This document shows, piece by piece, positions 63,031-64,000 of a DNA stretch of 64,000 bases. Every line of letters starts with the position of its first letter. The first letter of the stretch is position 1. The DNA comes from Octopus vulgaris. Lineage: Eukaryota. The position numbers were made by a program, and so were the translations under genes. The stretch spans positions 13,578,001 to 13,642,000 of the forward strand of contig OX597838.1 of NCBI GenBank assembly GCA_951406725.2, in the 5' to 3' direction. The notes beneath the pieces were generated by a model. The model had not been told where the DNA came from and did no database searches. It saw only the letters and a list, made by a program, of their open reading frames with translations.

Positions 63031-64000
63031 TGTCCATTCTCCATGCTGACATGGGTTAAATGTATTTCTTTACTGCCCACAAGGGGCTAAACATAGAGGG
63101 GACAAACAAGGACAGACAAAGGGATTAAGTCGATTACATCAACCCCAGTTGGAAACTGGTACTTTATTTATCGACCCCGAAAGGATGAAAGGCAAAGTTG
63201 ACCTTGGTGGAATTTGAACTCAGAACGTAACGACAGACGAAATACGGCCACGCATTTCGCCCGGCATGCTAACGTTTCTTATTTCTTTATTACCCACAAG
63301 GGGTTAAACATAGAGGGGACAAACAAGGACAGACAAAGGGATTAAGTCGATTACATCGACCCCAGTTGGAAACTGGTACTTTATTTATCGACCCCGAAAG
63401 GATGAAAGGCAAAGTTGACCTTGGTGGAATTTGAACTCAGAACGTAACGACAGACGAAATACGGCTACGCATTTCGCCCGGCATGCTAACGTTTCTGCCA
63501 GCTCACCGCCTTAGACATGGGTTGAATGGTTTGACACAGAGCTGGCCAGCAGGGAGCTGTCCAAGCTCCAGTTGTCTGCTGTAGCATGGTTTCTATGTCT
63601 GGATACCCTTCCTAATGCCAACCCCTTAGCAGAGTGTGCTGGGTGTTTTTTACATGCTGCTGGCACAGGTGTGCTAACACCACACTGGCACAGGTGTTTT
63701 TTAAGTGGCACCACCACCTGAAAGGACCAGCCTGTATGTGTGGAAGACAGCGATTTTGCTTCGCTTGATGTGTCTTATCAAGTGCAACAAATCACCACAT
63801 CTTCCGTGGAACCTTAGGGTTCTGCCAGTACAGTCCAGGGGCTCCGCAAGAAGTTACCAAAACTGCTAAAATCGGCAGTAATTTTTAATTCTCCTGTGCA
63901 GATATGTGTGCATAAGACTATTAGATGATTGCACAGGGGTTCCTTGAGCCAGTGGAATGCTTCCTTGGGGTTCCGCTCCAGCAAAAAGTTTGAAAAGCAC

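Noticed and set aside
63810-64000. Possible hAT-type MITE end
   Set aside because: Truncated by the window edge; TIR and TSD cannot be verified.

Overview
Eukaryotic, AT-rich, microsatellite- and SINE-dense animal DNA. The repeat landscape points to an octopus or other coleoid cephalopod (inference). Most ORF-track entries are microsatellite artefacts. By reading splice sites I assembled, on the + strand: (1) the last six coding exons of trichoplein (TCHP), 1534-8522; (2) a complete 10-exon, 685-aa secreted matrix metalloproteinase gene, 24436-44026, with signal peptide, cysteine switch, furin site, catalytic domain, long linker and four-blade hemopexin domain. Its zinc motif reads HQIGHSLGLFH, so the catalytic Glu is replaced by Gln and it is a probable MMP pseudo-protease; it also has an extra Cys pair lining the S1' pocket; (3) a tRNA-Val(CAC) at 51002-51074; (4) a possible first coding exon of a secreted protein at 59822. 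The rest contains three SINE-like families and an (AAT)n-associated element, non-autonomous Helitrons, RTE/CR1/R4-Dong LINE fragments, mariner relics, a solo LTR with a 5-bp TSD, a GGT/inverted-repeat macro-array, and several Penelope-type minimal hammerhead ribozyme motifs, including a U3-A8 core variant inside a long hairpin just downstream of the TCHP stop codon.
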